Shown: piece by piece, positions 1 through 12,300 of the stretch | Layout of the letters: each line of letters opens with the position of its first letter | Numbering within the stretch: the first letter of the stretch is position 1 | From: Tubiluchus corallicola | Taxonomy: Eukaryota > Animalia > Priapulida | NCBI GenBank assembly: GCA_030141605.1 | Contig: JAQGDQ010000019.1 | Location: 744,001-808,000 of the forward strand | Direction of reading: 5' to 3' | Length of the DNA: 64,000 nt | The notes under the pieces: model-generated | The model's database searches: none | Told to the model about the DNA's origin: nothing | What the model saw: the letters and a program-made list of their open reading frames with translations, nothing else | Program-made: the position numbers and the translations under genes

Positions 1-1420
1 CCAACTAGAAACAAAACAACAAAACCATATCGTCGGCATAGAGAAGACAAATGGTTTCAAAATTGCCTTGACTTACGGGATCGTATTTATTAGATATAAA
101 AACTCATGGCAAATCATTGTTTTATAAGGAGAAGAGAGCCAGACTTAAAGCACAACCTTGCTTAACAGTTAATACCAAAGGAGGACGATATATCTTCTTT
201 TAATCCACCAGCAAGTTTAATGGACCCAATCCTAAGCTGTATGTCAAAACAATCTGCTTTTTGAAATATTGAAAGGCGTGCTATTTTTTCAAGAATGACT
301 TACGTGAAAGAATTATTACCACACGCAGTTTCGTGTTCCCGCAGCTAGTTCTTCGCTGTTATATGCATTTCGCCACTCCTTAGTTAGATGGGCATTAGCG
401 CCTGCACTTCGGTAACGCGTATGAAAAATAGGTGCTATACCTCTCAGTTCAGAGCTGTTCGTTAGTGACGTAATACACACGTTCGAGAGTTCGCTGAGCA
501 CAGCTGTAAATTTACAATTTCAATTTTTCTCTAAAAATTTGTCGAATTTTTGCATATTACACTGAATGTTGTACAGTAGCACTGTGCTTCAATGTTCGCT
601 TGTGCAACACGCTCGTGGAATGTTTGACCTGTTGAAAATTGTGTTCGTTTGTGACGTTATCACCAGCTGGCTTGCCTGCCGTTAATTTAGTTTTTAACCT
701 ATTATTTAATTTTCATAAACGCTTTGACATTATTATATGTGTTAAAATGTATACATTTGACCGAACTTCAAAATGAGGTAGGATATGAAAAATCGCCTTG
801 TTTTGCTTTAAGAAAATAACCACCTATATTATTTTTCAGCAATTTATAATACAAGTCAGTTCGCCAGATGAAATATCAAAGGCTTTGCGTAAATCTACGA
901 AACAACAATTATTTTTTTCATTTAATTAAAAATATGTCAATAAGTGTTTTAATGCAAACAAATGGTACGGCGGCTTTTTTAAAAATCCTATTTGCCTTTC
1001 ATGAAAAATTTTGTTACAATTAGAAAAACATTTTTTCTAACCTATTATTTAGAATTTTCGCGAATAATTTGGAATGGCGATTCCTCTGTAATTATTTGGG
1101 TCTGTTGCATTTCCGCTTTGGAATACTGAGACTATGTCGTTTTTTTTCATTCGCTACGACCCAAGAACCAGAAAAAATTACGAAGACAATAACCAGAAAT
1201 TGGCTTGATCCTTTGAGTATTTCGTTTATTAAGCCGTTGGTGATGGCAGTTTTTTAACTGTTAAATGACTATCAGGATTTCCGTAGCAGTTATTCTATAA
1301 TCTAGCTGCAAAAAACAATTGTAATTTCCTTCAAAGTGTTCGGACAGATTTCTGGATTTTGCCGAATGACTGTCATTGCTAATACAGTAAACTTCGAAAA
1401 TGTTCTACTCATACTATTTT

Positions 1421-1771
1421 CAGGGTCGCAGGAGCCACAGGGGCAGAGGGACAGCGGCCCCTTGCTCTTGGGCTGCAGTGCGGGAGCAGAATAAAATCAA
1501 TATATGTGTAAAAATGTGTTTGTGCTTCATTTGTCAGACTGCCATTTTAGCTGGCATTGTCAAAATTGAGCTCTACATGAAAACGTGCATCTATTATTCA
1601 TTTTAAAAGGAATATGTGAGAGGCAAAATACATTTGAAGTGTCTTTATATTATATATACCCTTATACAGAAGTAATATCGTCATTAGCGTAGCCACAGAA
1701 ATATGGGTAAACAAAATATGCCCTTTTCATAAATGCGGTCCCGCCCCTGTAATTTGCTGCCGGCGCCCCTG
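1421..1771. mobile_element. hAT-like MITE remnant
   Basis: GC-rich termini CAGGGTCGCAGG / CCGGCGCCCCTG in AT-rich context; no TSD visible. Confidence 0.5.
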
Positions 1772-2896
1772 ATTACTGCATCATTGGTTCAATATCATCG
1801 CCTCTATTTAAGGCCTTTTCTGAGTTCGATTATTTTCAGGTATTTAACTGGATTTCAAAAGGCCTTGGAAATTTTTGTTTCCAGTTCAGTTTGTTGTTTC
1901 ATAATGCCTTTGATCCCTGTGTTTTTTTTCTTATAGTATTTTTATAGGATCGTCTTATAGTATTTTTGTTCTTTAAAGTACAACTCTCGTAAGATTCTAT
2001 ATTATAAGTGGCACTTTGCAATTTAAAATGTAAGTATTTAGTCGATTGTGGGCTGCTTTACATTGGCTTTTAAACCATTTCTTGTCTGACCGGCGTTTTT
2101 GCTTAAATTATTTCTTTTAACTGTTTTAGATGCATATGTAAACAAAATGGAATTAATGTTATTTAGTGTTGCATCAATGTCATTCTGATTTACATTGTAA
2201 TTCTGTTGCATGAAATCAGTGATTTGGCTGTTTCCTGTGCCAGATTTCAGAACATTTTGAAATTGTTCTGGAGTAAGATCATTTTACCGCATTTTTCCTG
2301 GTAATTTTCGTAACTAATGTCATTTTCAGTATATTAACTTCTCAGGATCATAAAAATTTATGCAATTTTCTTGTCCAATCAGTCAATGAGTCACGTGATT
2401 TGTGTTGTATCATTGCTTTTGTTATTTAAACTGCATAAACTACGTTTGCTATTATTTTAGTAGTAAAGTTCAAATTCTGAAACGTTCATGACGACATTGT
2501 ATGACCTAATCTGAAACGCGCAGCGAAAACCGACAATTCTATATAATTGTATAAGTGGCTTACAATTTCTTGTGCGATTATTGTGCACATTTAATTGACA
2601 AAACTGTCCCATCAAAAACTCTCATAAAGCTAGCAGGAGTTAAACTGGAGGCAGAAGAGTATAACTATTTGGACAGGAATGTTTTTCATCTTCGCAAGAA
2701 TGGTGAATTAGGCCACTCTAGACGAGTTCGAACTCTGCACCTCTCGTAAAAGTATTTTGATGAGAAGTTGACGATTTTTTCGAGGTCGATGATGCTGCCC
2801 CGAAATATATAAGCAGTCTTGTGAAACATAATAATCGATCAGTTTCAAATTCTGAATAACCTTAAAGACACTCTAAAAAATCTCTATTTTTTATAG

Positions 2897-5690
2897 CACA
2901 TACGATAGCAACAGTTTTGCTGTTGATGATGCTTGCGGCGATAGCGATGAGTGCGGATACCAGAAGTGTGCGCAATCGAAGAGTTGGTTTCAGCAGACGA
3001 TCTGAAACCAGAAGATCATCACGACGCCCATCTGGTGACAAGAGACCTGTGGAAACAGTAGAAGAAGAGGAAGAGGAAGAAGAAGAAGATATAGATGTTC
3101 CTGAGATTAACGATCTGGGAGATGGTAAAAGTGATAAACTTTTATCACAGCAGAAGAATTCTTTAAAATAATTATTTTAATTTACGCATCTCCTAATAAA
3201 GTCTATTTTCAATTTATTATACGTCAGCTATCAGGTTGACTAAGAGATCGACCAGAAATGGGAGTTCATCTCGTTAAAGACTAAGCGCGCAGCTGATGTG
3301 AGGTGCTCTAAGCATATTCGGTCGTTTGGCTGCTCCTCCTACAGCTGCGACCTCTCACAATCTCTAGTATTTTTCTCAGTAACTCTCTTTCCGAGTGAGC
3401 AGCCCGCAATACAATATTCAGGCGTAAATATTCACAACTATAAATGGAAAAACTAGCGCTAACACTTTAATGTATACTTATTTGTTTAACAGCCACTTAA
3501 ACTGATGAAACCACTTGTTGACTTGTTGGTTATTCAGTAACTAAACCGGTCTTACACTACTTAACCACGCAGGCATTCTTTGTTATTTTCAAATGTTTAG
3601 CTATCCTTCTCGTCCTGATACTAGAGCTTCCCTCTACTCTAGCTTCTTTGCAAATTTTGTCTGTTATAATCAATGGTTTATAGTACGCGTATTGTCTCTC
3701 TATCTTTAATAGTCAGGGCGCATCATGGTGGTGGATCATCATTTTTGTCCAGTCTGTTTTCACGTTATCGACGAGGATGTATTGAAGGGGTCAACATGGA
3801 TTGCGAAGCTTGGTCAGAATTCTCAGACTGCAGTTCAAGCTGTGGAGATGGTTTACAAGTAAGTTGTTTGGGTTGATTAAATGTTTGGTTAGTAACTGCA
3901 TTATGGAAGTGCGCCAGTGCCACTGGTAACAGTAATCATTTCCATGTCATGACTAGATTTATCAACCGTAGTGTGAGTCGGTGAGTGAGTGAATGTACAC
4001 GAAAGTGCTGGAGCTTACACATAGAGGACGGACTTTAATACGAAAGTCGACGTAGCTGTTTCAAGGTCAAGTCCCACATGGTTGTTTAAAGTCAAAGAGG
4101 TAGTCGATTGCAAAAGGCTAGTTTAGCAATCAAAGTCACACAATTTGCAATATCAGATCGGACAGATGTTTTAGTGGAGATGATAGACAATGTTTGGTGG
4201 GTGGTTTAAGGCGGCCCACCACTTCTAACTCTACAACTGATGGCACGGAGTACCCGAAATGGGATAACTTATTATAGTGCTAGATGGAAGAACGTGGCTA
4301 GTAATCGATGTTGAGTGGATATCTAAATAAGTCAGTAGTCAATGAATTGACATAAGTAAGTCAATAATGCAGAATCGCATAGTGCAGCGGATTAGCCCTC
4401 ATATTACAAAAAATTGTACATTTTTTTGGTAAAAGTGTGAACTTTCTAACATGAGTAGGGGACACCATAACGTTTCATTTTAGATGTGGAGGGAACTCTG
4501 ATATGACGTTTGATGGTTAGAGGACAAATTCAAAATGGCCGCCATCAAAAATCTAAACTCTTTAAATCGTCATAATTGTGCCAATAATTAACTTAGAACA
4601 ATAAAATAAAGCATCTAAATACGTTAAAATTCAATTTGCAATCTTTCAAAATAGAGGATTTAAAGAGTTTTGCAATTTTCGATGGCGGCCTTTTGAATTT
4701 GACCTCGAACAGCCTTCAAAGATCAAACACCTGATTTCCCTTCACATCTAAAATGAAACGTTATGACATCGCCTACTTAATTTGGAAAATTCACACTTTT
4801 TTCAAAAAGTGCACAATTTTCATGCTTTTCTGCTGTATTGGACTGAAAGGGCGCATTTTTTACATTGCAGTATTACAAATGTATTAAGAAAGTTCGTACT
4901 GTTAGTCTAAATAAGCGTAAGTATGCTCCAAAAATTAATCAATTTTAAGCACGTTATTGCATATCTCTCCAAAAATTGATTTCATTGAAAAATAGAACGT
5001 GCGGTACCGTAAGCCGTTATGCTTATTTTTGAAATTGTAACGCCACCTCAACATAAAATTTGTGAATTTTCATTAGCCTTGCAAGATTTTTCCCGAATTG
5101 CTTAAACAGCACCACACGACAGTCAGAAAATAAATTTGTACTGGGAATTAACATGACTACTTAGCGGACCTTCTTACAATCTTTTTCTCCCTGCCAGAAG
5201 GTGGCACCACAAACTGCGCATAATATGACGCACCAGTAAGTGTATTAGCCATTGGCCAGTAATCAAGAGTGTATTAATTTATTTTAAAATTCTCTTAAAT
5301 TTTGTTTTTTTTTATTTTGAATGAAATAAGTTGAATATATTGTAGTATCGTTTCTATATTCCCGAAGATGGCACTGTGTCCCGAAATACGTATTGCGGGA
5401 GTAAACTCTTATTTGTACTAAGCAAAACACCAGGGCTTTGTTACAATGTAAGAAATGTGCCTATTTATGTTTTGTAGACCCGAGTTCGGACGTGCACATG
5501 TACTCGCCGTGGAAGGGAATACCGTCCAGTTTATTCGGGCTGCTATAATGACAATATTGATGAAGATGCCGGATGTCTTTCACGAGCTACAGTTGAGGTG
5601 CGGCCTTGCAACCTTGAAGAATGTCCAACGGATATGACCACAGAGCCAGCTACTTCTACTACGAGTTTTACAACAGACACGGCACCTTAG
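2897..5690 (+). CDS. Secreted TSP1 (thrombospondin type 1)-like domain protein A; 5' end uncertain
   Basis: Exons 2897-3124, 3713-3858, 5478-5690 join in frame at GT-AG sites (phase 1, then 0). Protein: hydrophobic signal-like segment (TIATVLLLMMLAAIAMSA), Arg/Ser-rich stretch, 9 consecutive Glu, RYRR furin-type site, CIEGVNMDCEAWSEFSDCSSSCGDGLQ|TRVRTCTC...EVRPCNLEECP, Thr-rich tail, TAG at 5688-5690. Start is either ATG 2926 or an unlocated phase-1 micro-exon upstream, as in the paralog. Confidence 0.8.
4405..4822. repeat. Long imperfect palindrome (foldback MITE) in an intron of gene A
   Basis: Arms of ~160 bp: CATAACGTTTCATTTTAGATGTG / CACATCTAAAATGAAACGTTATG, CAAAATGGCCGCCATC / GATGGCGGCCTTTTG, AAACTCTTTAAATC / GATTTAAAGAGTTT. 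Confidence 0.75.
5357..5403 (+). ncRNA. Degenerate Penelope-type minimal hammerhead ribozyme motif
   Basis: CCGAAGA-TGGCACTGTGTCCC-GAAA-TACGTA-TT with flanking TATTCCCG / CGGGAGTA complementarity; the core deviates from CUGANGA at U4. Confidence 0.45.
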
Positions 5691-6829
5691 TTAATAGGTC
5701 TCATCGTTTATAATCTAACTTCAGCATCATATTAGTGAATCGTTGTGCATTATAGCTTGTATGCTATAGAAATGAAACAAGCAATTATAATTCAAATCCC
5801 AATTATTTGACAGTTATTATAATTTATCATTTATAGGTTTATATTTGATGTTATTCTTGTGTTTTTACAACAACTGCAGCATGTGTAAAAACAGTTTAAG
5901 GAACATAGAAACAGTTTCGTCTGTGGTCGTAGGACATGCATTTAGAATCAGAATTTTAAATCAGAATTTATTTTCGCTACGAAGCTGTAGGCCTACTTAG
6001 TGTTAGAAAATTCATATTTATGAATAAACTTATAGCATAACAAAGCTTCGTATTCTAACTTAATGTCTATTGAAGTACGTATTGAAGCTGCCTTTAGAGG
6101 TGAAAAGCGAAAACAGCGTGGTGTATTGTGTAAAATTACTGCGTGTAATCAGCAGCAATTTTACACCTTTCCTTATGTGTTAACATGGCAGCAAATGTAG
6201 ACTTTAAAAAACTCTAACTTACTGAGTAAAATGACCATCGATGGTCGATTAGCTGCAAAAAATATTAGAAATTAAATTCCTGAGTGAGAAACTTCTGAAA
6301 TAAGCTGTATATGCTTCTATTCTTCGTTTTTAGTGATCTATCAAGATAAAGATAAGTCTGAATTCAGCTGGTCAATTTTATACGACAATTTATAATGAAT
6401 CATAACTGATATTCCTAATTTGCATTTTAATCACGAATAAAATCTTTTTATTAAGGTACCTCACTTATCAGCCCACAGAAAACGCACATTTTACGTAATA
6501 ATGTGATATTGTTCTAATAAATTCGATGTTGTAGCATTACAAAACATAATTACATACCATAAACGTTTTTGCTGCATGTAAGACTATGTATACACGTTAC
6601 AAAATGCTTTTGCTTACTAGAAATCCTATTTCACCCTTCACCCTGGTTGTTTTTCATTTTTATGCAACAATTTTCAAAATATAATCAATGTAATATTAAG
6701 TTGTCTTTTTCAATTTTTATTTTTTTACTTTTCTAAGAGTATCTTCTGTACGCCTATAATCCCCATACACGCTCTCCATGTAGATTATCTACTTCATTCT
6801 GAATTCAGTATACGATTTATGTATGAGGC

Positions 6830-6980
6830 TTTCTTGGTCTCCTTTGACTCGAAGTTGTTGTAATTTCCATCACAGCTTCCGTAAGTGAATTCCTCTTAAC
6901 TTCCCGATGTTGATTTGTAAAACAACCAGGGTATTGTTGCACGGCATCGCACTGGTTGTGGTGGCAGTTGGGTATATCGT
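6830..6980 (-). pseudogene. Disabled Kunitz/BPTI protease-inhibitor exon
   Basis: After a CAG acceptor at 6983-6981 the - strand reads DDI(frameshift)QLPPQPVRCRATIPWLFYKSTSGS*EEFTYGSCDGNYNNFESKET, matching the Kunitz FxYGGCxGNxNNF signature. The first Cys is lost in a frameshift, TAA (6898-6896) replaces a Cys, and the terminal Cys residues are missing. Confidence 0.8.
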
Positions 6981-9264
6981 CTGTGCAACGTCGAAATCCA
7001 CCTTGTCAATGCCTTTTAGACATACCTTCTTACATTTATTTATAAAGACACTACATGATATGACGAGACATTAATCGGTAAATGAAAATCGCTAATAATC
7101 ACATTGATCATTAATGCAATCAACTGAAATCCATAAGGGTGAGCACGTGCAGTCAACTGTATAAGCAAGATTAATTGCAGAGCATCCACGAGTGTTTCAT
7201 TTTGCACGTTTTTTGGTATACCATGACTTTGTGTGTAATCGAATTTCCAATCAGAATTCACACTACTAAAGAAGCAGTATAACGTCTCTACTAAGATAGT
7301 GTTTCTGAAAAGCGTGATCTACAGAATGCGCATCACTGAATTGTTTTTTTCACAACACTTATGATTCAAAGATTTTTGTCACCACAAAATTCAATATCTC
7401 ATAGAGGATCATCATTGATAACTATCTAATTCCGGGCCTGCTACAACAATCTATATTAAGTAAACCCGCTACTAAGTGCTAAATTGTGGCTTGCAGAGCA
7501 CCGATCTGCACTCGGCAAACATCTGCTGTGCTGCATTCTTCCTTTCTTTTTCGGTTATCGTATCGCTTACTATCGCATGGCAACATAGGGATTGCTCCCA
7601 TAAAATCCTGCAGAAATTTTCTATACGACTTATGATCATATAGACAAGATGCAAGAATAATCGAAATTGTTTAGAAAAAAAATATTTCCCTTATTATCGC
7701 CATTCTCTACAGGCACTAAGCCTGCTAGCATTAGAAAGCAGGCAAGAGCAAAAAAGACCCGGAATTTGATAAGGCACTGTATGCGCCGTAAAAAATTGCT
7801 CTTCACAGAAAATACGCTCTTATAGGTAGTTCCAGGCTGAGTTACTTTAGCTTTGAAGCACCTCCTTGGTACTGAAGTTCACAGACATAGCAGTCTGTGT
7901 TCTGCAAAACGGTCCTAGTGTCACACCTTAACTTAATGTTTTAAAGATTTTAAAGATTCTGTCAAATGGCCGGAGCTCTGATATTAACCAGCCAAACCCG
8001 ATGTTTTCCTCATAGAGTTATCCACTGTTGCAGGAGACATGTATAGTGCCTGCAGAGAATAGCGGTATGAGAGAAAAGTACGAGAAATGAAAAGCTTTTA
8101 CAAACATAATTATTTTCTTCTTGCAACTGGTTTTGGATCCATTTAATTCATCTTTAAAGACAGAAACCCAGTGCTTCCTGCGCGTACAAAATCGTCTTCA
8201 AATGGTTCAGCCTGTCAAAGATAGCCTGAATATCTATCCTCTGATTCGGACGCATCCAGATACCGCACTAAAATTATTTTGCTTGTAAAAGCACTTTAAA
8301 TCAGACCAAAATTAATTTATTAGAGATTTTTTGTTGTAATTTGTTTTTAGTAAGTTTAATATTACAAGATCTTTGTTATATACACCAATACGCGTTTGTT
8401 GTTATACATATTATTAGTCCCAATGCCTGAAGCAACCCAATAAAAATCAAAAATATACTTCTTATTTTTTATGTAAGTCAACTGCATTAGAAAGCTATTT
8501 ATCATTGTTAGAAAATCCATTTTTGTAAAAATGTGGAAGACGGAGTAACTCCGTTGTGACATCACACATGACTAAAAAGAATTGACTAAAAACTTATTAT
8601 GTGAACAACAGTGGAAACGAGCACAAAACGAGACTAGCATCACGACGAAACAGACTGCTTTTTAGAGTTACTTCGCAAGCGAGTAAACCAACATTAACGA
8701 GAATGAAAAATAGGGGAAAACAGGTTGATACACATGTCCTTGTGTAAGCAAAACTTCAGACACAAAAAGCAAAATGGTTGTTTGCTTACAAGTAGACTAT
8801 GTGTGCAGATATTTTCTTTTATTTTTACTACATTTTAAATCTGCTCGGTTTACAGATTTCACGGCAGTAATTTGCAAAACTGCAAGCTGTGTTGTATTTA
8901 GGTATTTCCTTCTGAAAATTTCATTGTTCATAAACACAAAACATTGCAGAAGAAAACGCCTTTGAATAACTTTGTTGGCAATGAGCAACCTTTTAATTTT
9001 ACAGTTGAGAAATACCACACTTATCGTTTTAACGATGACAAAAAAGTTAACAAATGACATCAGCTACAGCAGCTAATTACATTTTAATTTTTGACTGTAT
9101 CACTTCTGCCATCATAATAAATTAAAACAACGAACTGCATCAACGGCTATTACCAAATTTCGATTGCATACACCTGTCTTATCGTCTGACACCTGACACC
9201 ACTTTTCTTTGCACGCTTCTATGGACACTCAATCATAACAATGGGTACATGTATAAACAGTACA

Positions 9265-9271
9265 TATAAAA
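9265..9271 (+). promoter_or_regulatory. TATA box of TSP1-like gene B
   Basis: TATAAAA about 110 nt upstream of the ATG micro-exon at 9377. Confidence 0.5.
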
Positions 9272-9376
9272 GAGCGTCACGCACCCAAGATATCGCACAA
9301 ATCTCAGGTGTTGCAAAGAAATCGTCTGAATTTTGTAGTGCAGAAAGTAACAGATTCAAATTTAAAAAAGAACATT

Positions 9377-12300
9377 ATGAAAGGTAAATACTGCACAGCA
9401 ATTACTTTTCATCATTTGTAGTATGTACGTAACACAAGGATTGGCATCAAAATTTTAATTAGGCATAATATTAGTGGGAGAAAAATCAATAAACGCAGGA
9501 TAGAAAAATATTTCGGTGGCATTTGTCTGGTTTTAGTTGATAAAATCGAAGCAGATTAATATTATTATAATAAGAATAATTCATAATTCTGAGCATTGGC
9601 CAGTAATTCTTAATGCTAAATTTAGAAAGAATTCATTAACATGGCCTACTACATAGGTGTTTATTGATTTTTTTGTACTAATATTATGCTTAATTAAAAT
9701 TTTGATACCAGTCCTTGTCTTTTGCATGTACGAAAATTCAATTTATTTCTTAATTGATTCTACGTGTCTGTGTAGTAAGGAATTTTTCATTATGAAATAT
9801 TTATACTTGCAGTAGTAGCAACTCATAAACAATTTTGGCTCACTAATCGAAAATTTTAAGCGCCAAGCAATTTTCGACAAAATAATGTCTGAAATTTCAG
9901 CTTATAAATTAGGCTCACTTAGCTAGGCTTGACGTATTGTAAGCAGCTAATTACTTAACTAACCAACAAAATGACAGCTAAAACATTCATAGAGATTTTT
10001 CATATTACGGTAGATCCTGTATTTCTCAAGTTAGCTTGTTTCTACATACACGTTCGCAACCCTAAAGAATTTATATTAAGAAAGGTATTCTGTAGCTACA
10101 GCTCTGATAGTGGTGGCATTAGGAGCGTTGGTTGCAGGAGATTTGGACTCAGAAGCAGAACAAAGTCATCGCGCAAACCAGGGACAGAAGTACCGCAAAG
10201 TCAACTTATTCCAATATGGTCGTGGCAAAACACCAATCCGTCAGCCGCCTCCATTTGGTCCTCGTCCTCCATTTGGATTTCACCATCCCCCGCCACCGTT
10301 TGCCGGTCCGCCAAGAATCTTCACGGACCATTTCGGAGGTTTCCATGGCAGGCACAGTTTTGGGCAACACAGGACTTTCAGTCCTCATGGCGATGTTGGG
10401 CCATTCTCTGGTGGGCTTTATCCACATCCAGGCTTCATCTGGCGTTATTTCCAGAACAGGGCTCAAGCAGATCAATTTTTCATGAACGCCAGGAACAACC
10501 TGTTCCCGGGAGATTATCCCGTGAACTGTACGCGATTTAGTCAGTTCTTGGAGAACGTACCAAAAGGTAAAAATAACTTTTACAGGCATTTCTATAAGCT
10601 CTAGCCGTCATTATAGGGTCAAAATCAATAGTAGCTAATTGTTATGAAACAAATTGTAGAATTCGAAACGATAACAAATCTTTTTGCTTTCATGATGAAA
10701 ATCCAAATGAATTTTTTGAGACTAGCTGTCAATGCAATAAAATTTACTATTGGCTTTCTTTCTGTTTTTCGGGTTTGTACCGCCGGTTACTTTGGTAATT
10801 CAAACAAATGTTATTATTTCCAAATTTTACACTAATAAATTTACGCGCCTTATAAAGGGCTCATTTTAATAGTTAAGGTGCCTGTTCTTTATTTATAAGC
10901 TTAAAAATAAGTTATCGACATAGTAAGTCTCCTCAAAGAATAAAAATACTAATCAAGTGATATACTGGATAACGGAGTTTCTGTAGGCGTATGTATACGT
11001 ATATCATGACGCTATATATTTGAGACCGGCTCGTACCGTTTGTCATATTTTAGGTTCGTGATATTTACTATATGGGCTTAACTAACAGGCAGGTAGAGCA
11101 TGTGATCAGAAATTTACAAAATTGCCTTTGCGTTTTTGATCTCTCTCAAAATGTTAAACCACAAATAAGCGCTCTGAGTTCTTCTATTAAAGTCTCATTT
11201 CAAGATGGGCGACGAACATCAACAATTTTGAATTTGCGCTTAGATTATTTAAAGCCAGGTCGGTCAGGTGTAGTGGACTCGAATTCCAACCTTGCTTCCC
11301 AATTAATTTTCATTTTCGTTACTGAGACGTAATATTGTAGTCATTTACTAGATGCTACAATTAGAAGAGAAAGTGCAATAATAATTGTCACTGACACCGA
11401 CCTTAGGCCTTTCACCAAAAGCAGATCCTGTCGAACACAAGCTATCCATACAATACAAAGCGCTGCAAAAGCTAGAGAATACGAAGAAAAACGAATTAGT
11501 AATAAGAACGATTCTCTTGTAGCAAGTAATTCACAATCTCAGGCCAGAGTGGACAAATTAACACTAAAGATGATAGGAAAAATGTGCGCCCAGAAGGATC
11601 TAGTGACATGTACAAAGTGGACTGATTATACTGACTGTACAAACAAGTGTGAAGGCGTACAGGTGAGTGGCGATTTTACGGTTACAATTTACAAAATTTT
11701 ACACCAGTACCTCTATTAAAAATCAAGCAAAGTTGATTATCCAGTGTTTTAAAAGCAACGCATCAAGTTCGTATGTTTCTACGTCTTTTGATACAGATTT
11801 AATTGATACCAATCAAAGTACCGTAAAGATCTGTATCTTTTGATTAACTTTGCAAAACAACGGTACTTTTTGAAACGCTATTGCTCTTTAAATCGTGTCA
11901 TTGATTAAAGTAAGACTTTGTCATGTGGCCACAGTACGGCCCCTTTATAAGGCCACTTATTAATGTAACGTTTTACAAGCAGTTACATTACTTGTACTCT
12001 TCTACACTCTACTTGTTGCTTGCAGATCAAACTCGTTTCTTAATTTTGATTAATTTTTTGCTTTACTACAAATCAAACGTGAAATAGACCGGAGGTTCCT
12101 GTTCGCATTTAACCAGAAAAAGTGACCAACAGTACGTCTTATAGGCGCTTACGCGCATGTTAGCAATAAATGTAACCGGACGCCATTGCATTTTCTCATA
12201 ACAATCTTTAGATTTTCATAACAGTGGCATTAATCACACCCTGGTAATCAGCCTCGAACCGTACAATGAGCCTAAACCTCAGTGTGGTTCTTGGCCCCGA

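Noticed and set aside
2806-2812. TATATAA as promoter of gene A
   Set aside because: Plausible, but a good splice acceptor at 2896 and the paralog's micro-exon structure leave the true 5' end unresolved.
7440-8270. Possible further exons of the Kunitz pseudogene
   Set aside because: No frame gave a recognisable motif or compatible splice structure.
10326-10350. FGGF resembling the enkephalin YGGF motif
   Set aside because: No N-terminal Tyr and no flanking dibasic sites; expected by chance in a Gly/Phe-rich tract.
9971-10589. Four overlapping ORFs on both strands over one GC-rich exon (apparent dual coding)
   Set aside because: Only the 10110 frame is splice-compatible and gives a signal peptide; the other frames are open as expected for Pro/Gly-rich, stop-poor sequence.
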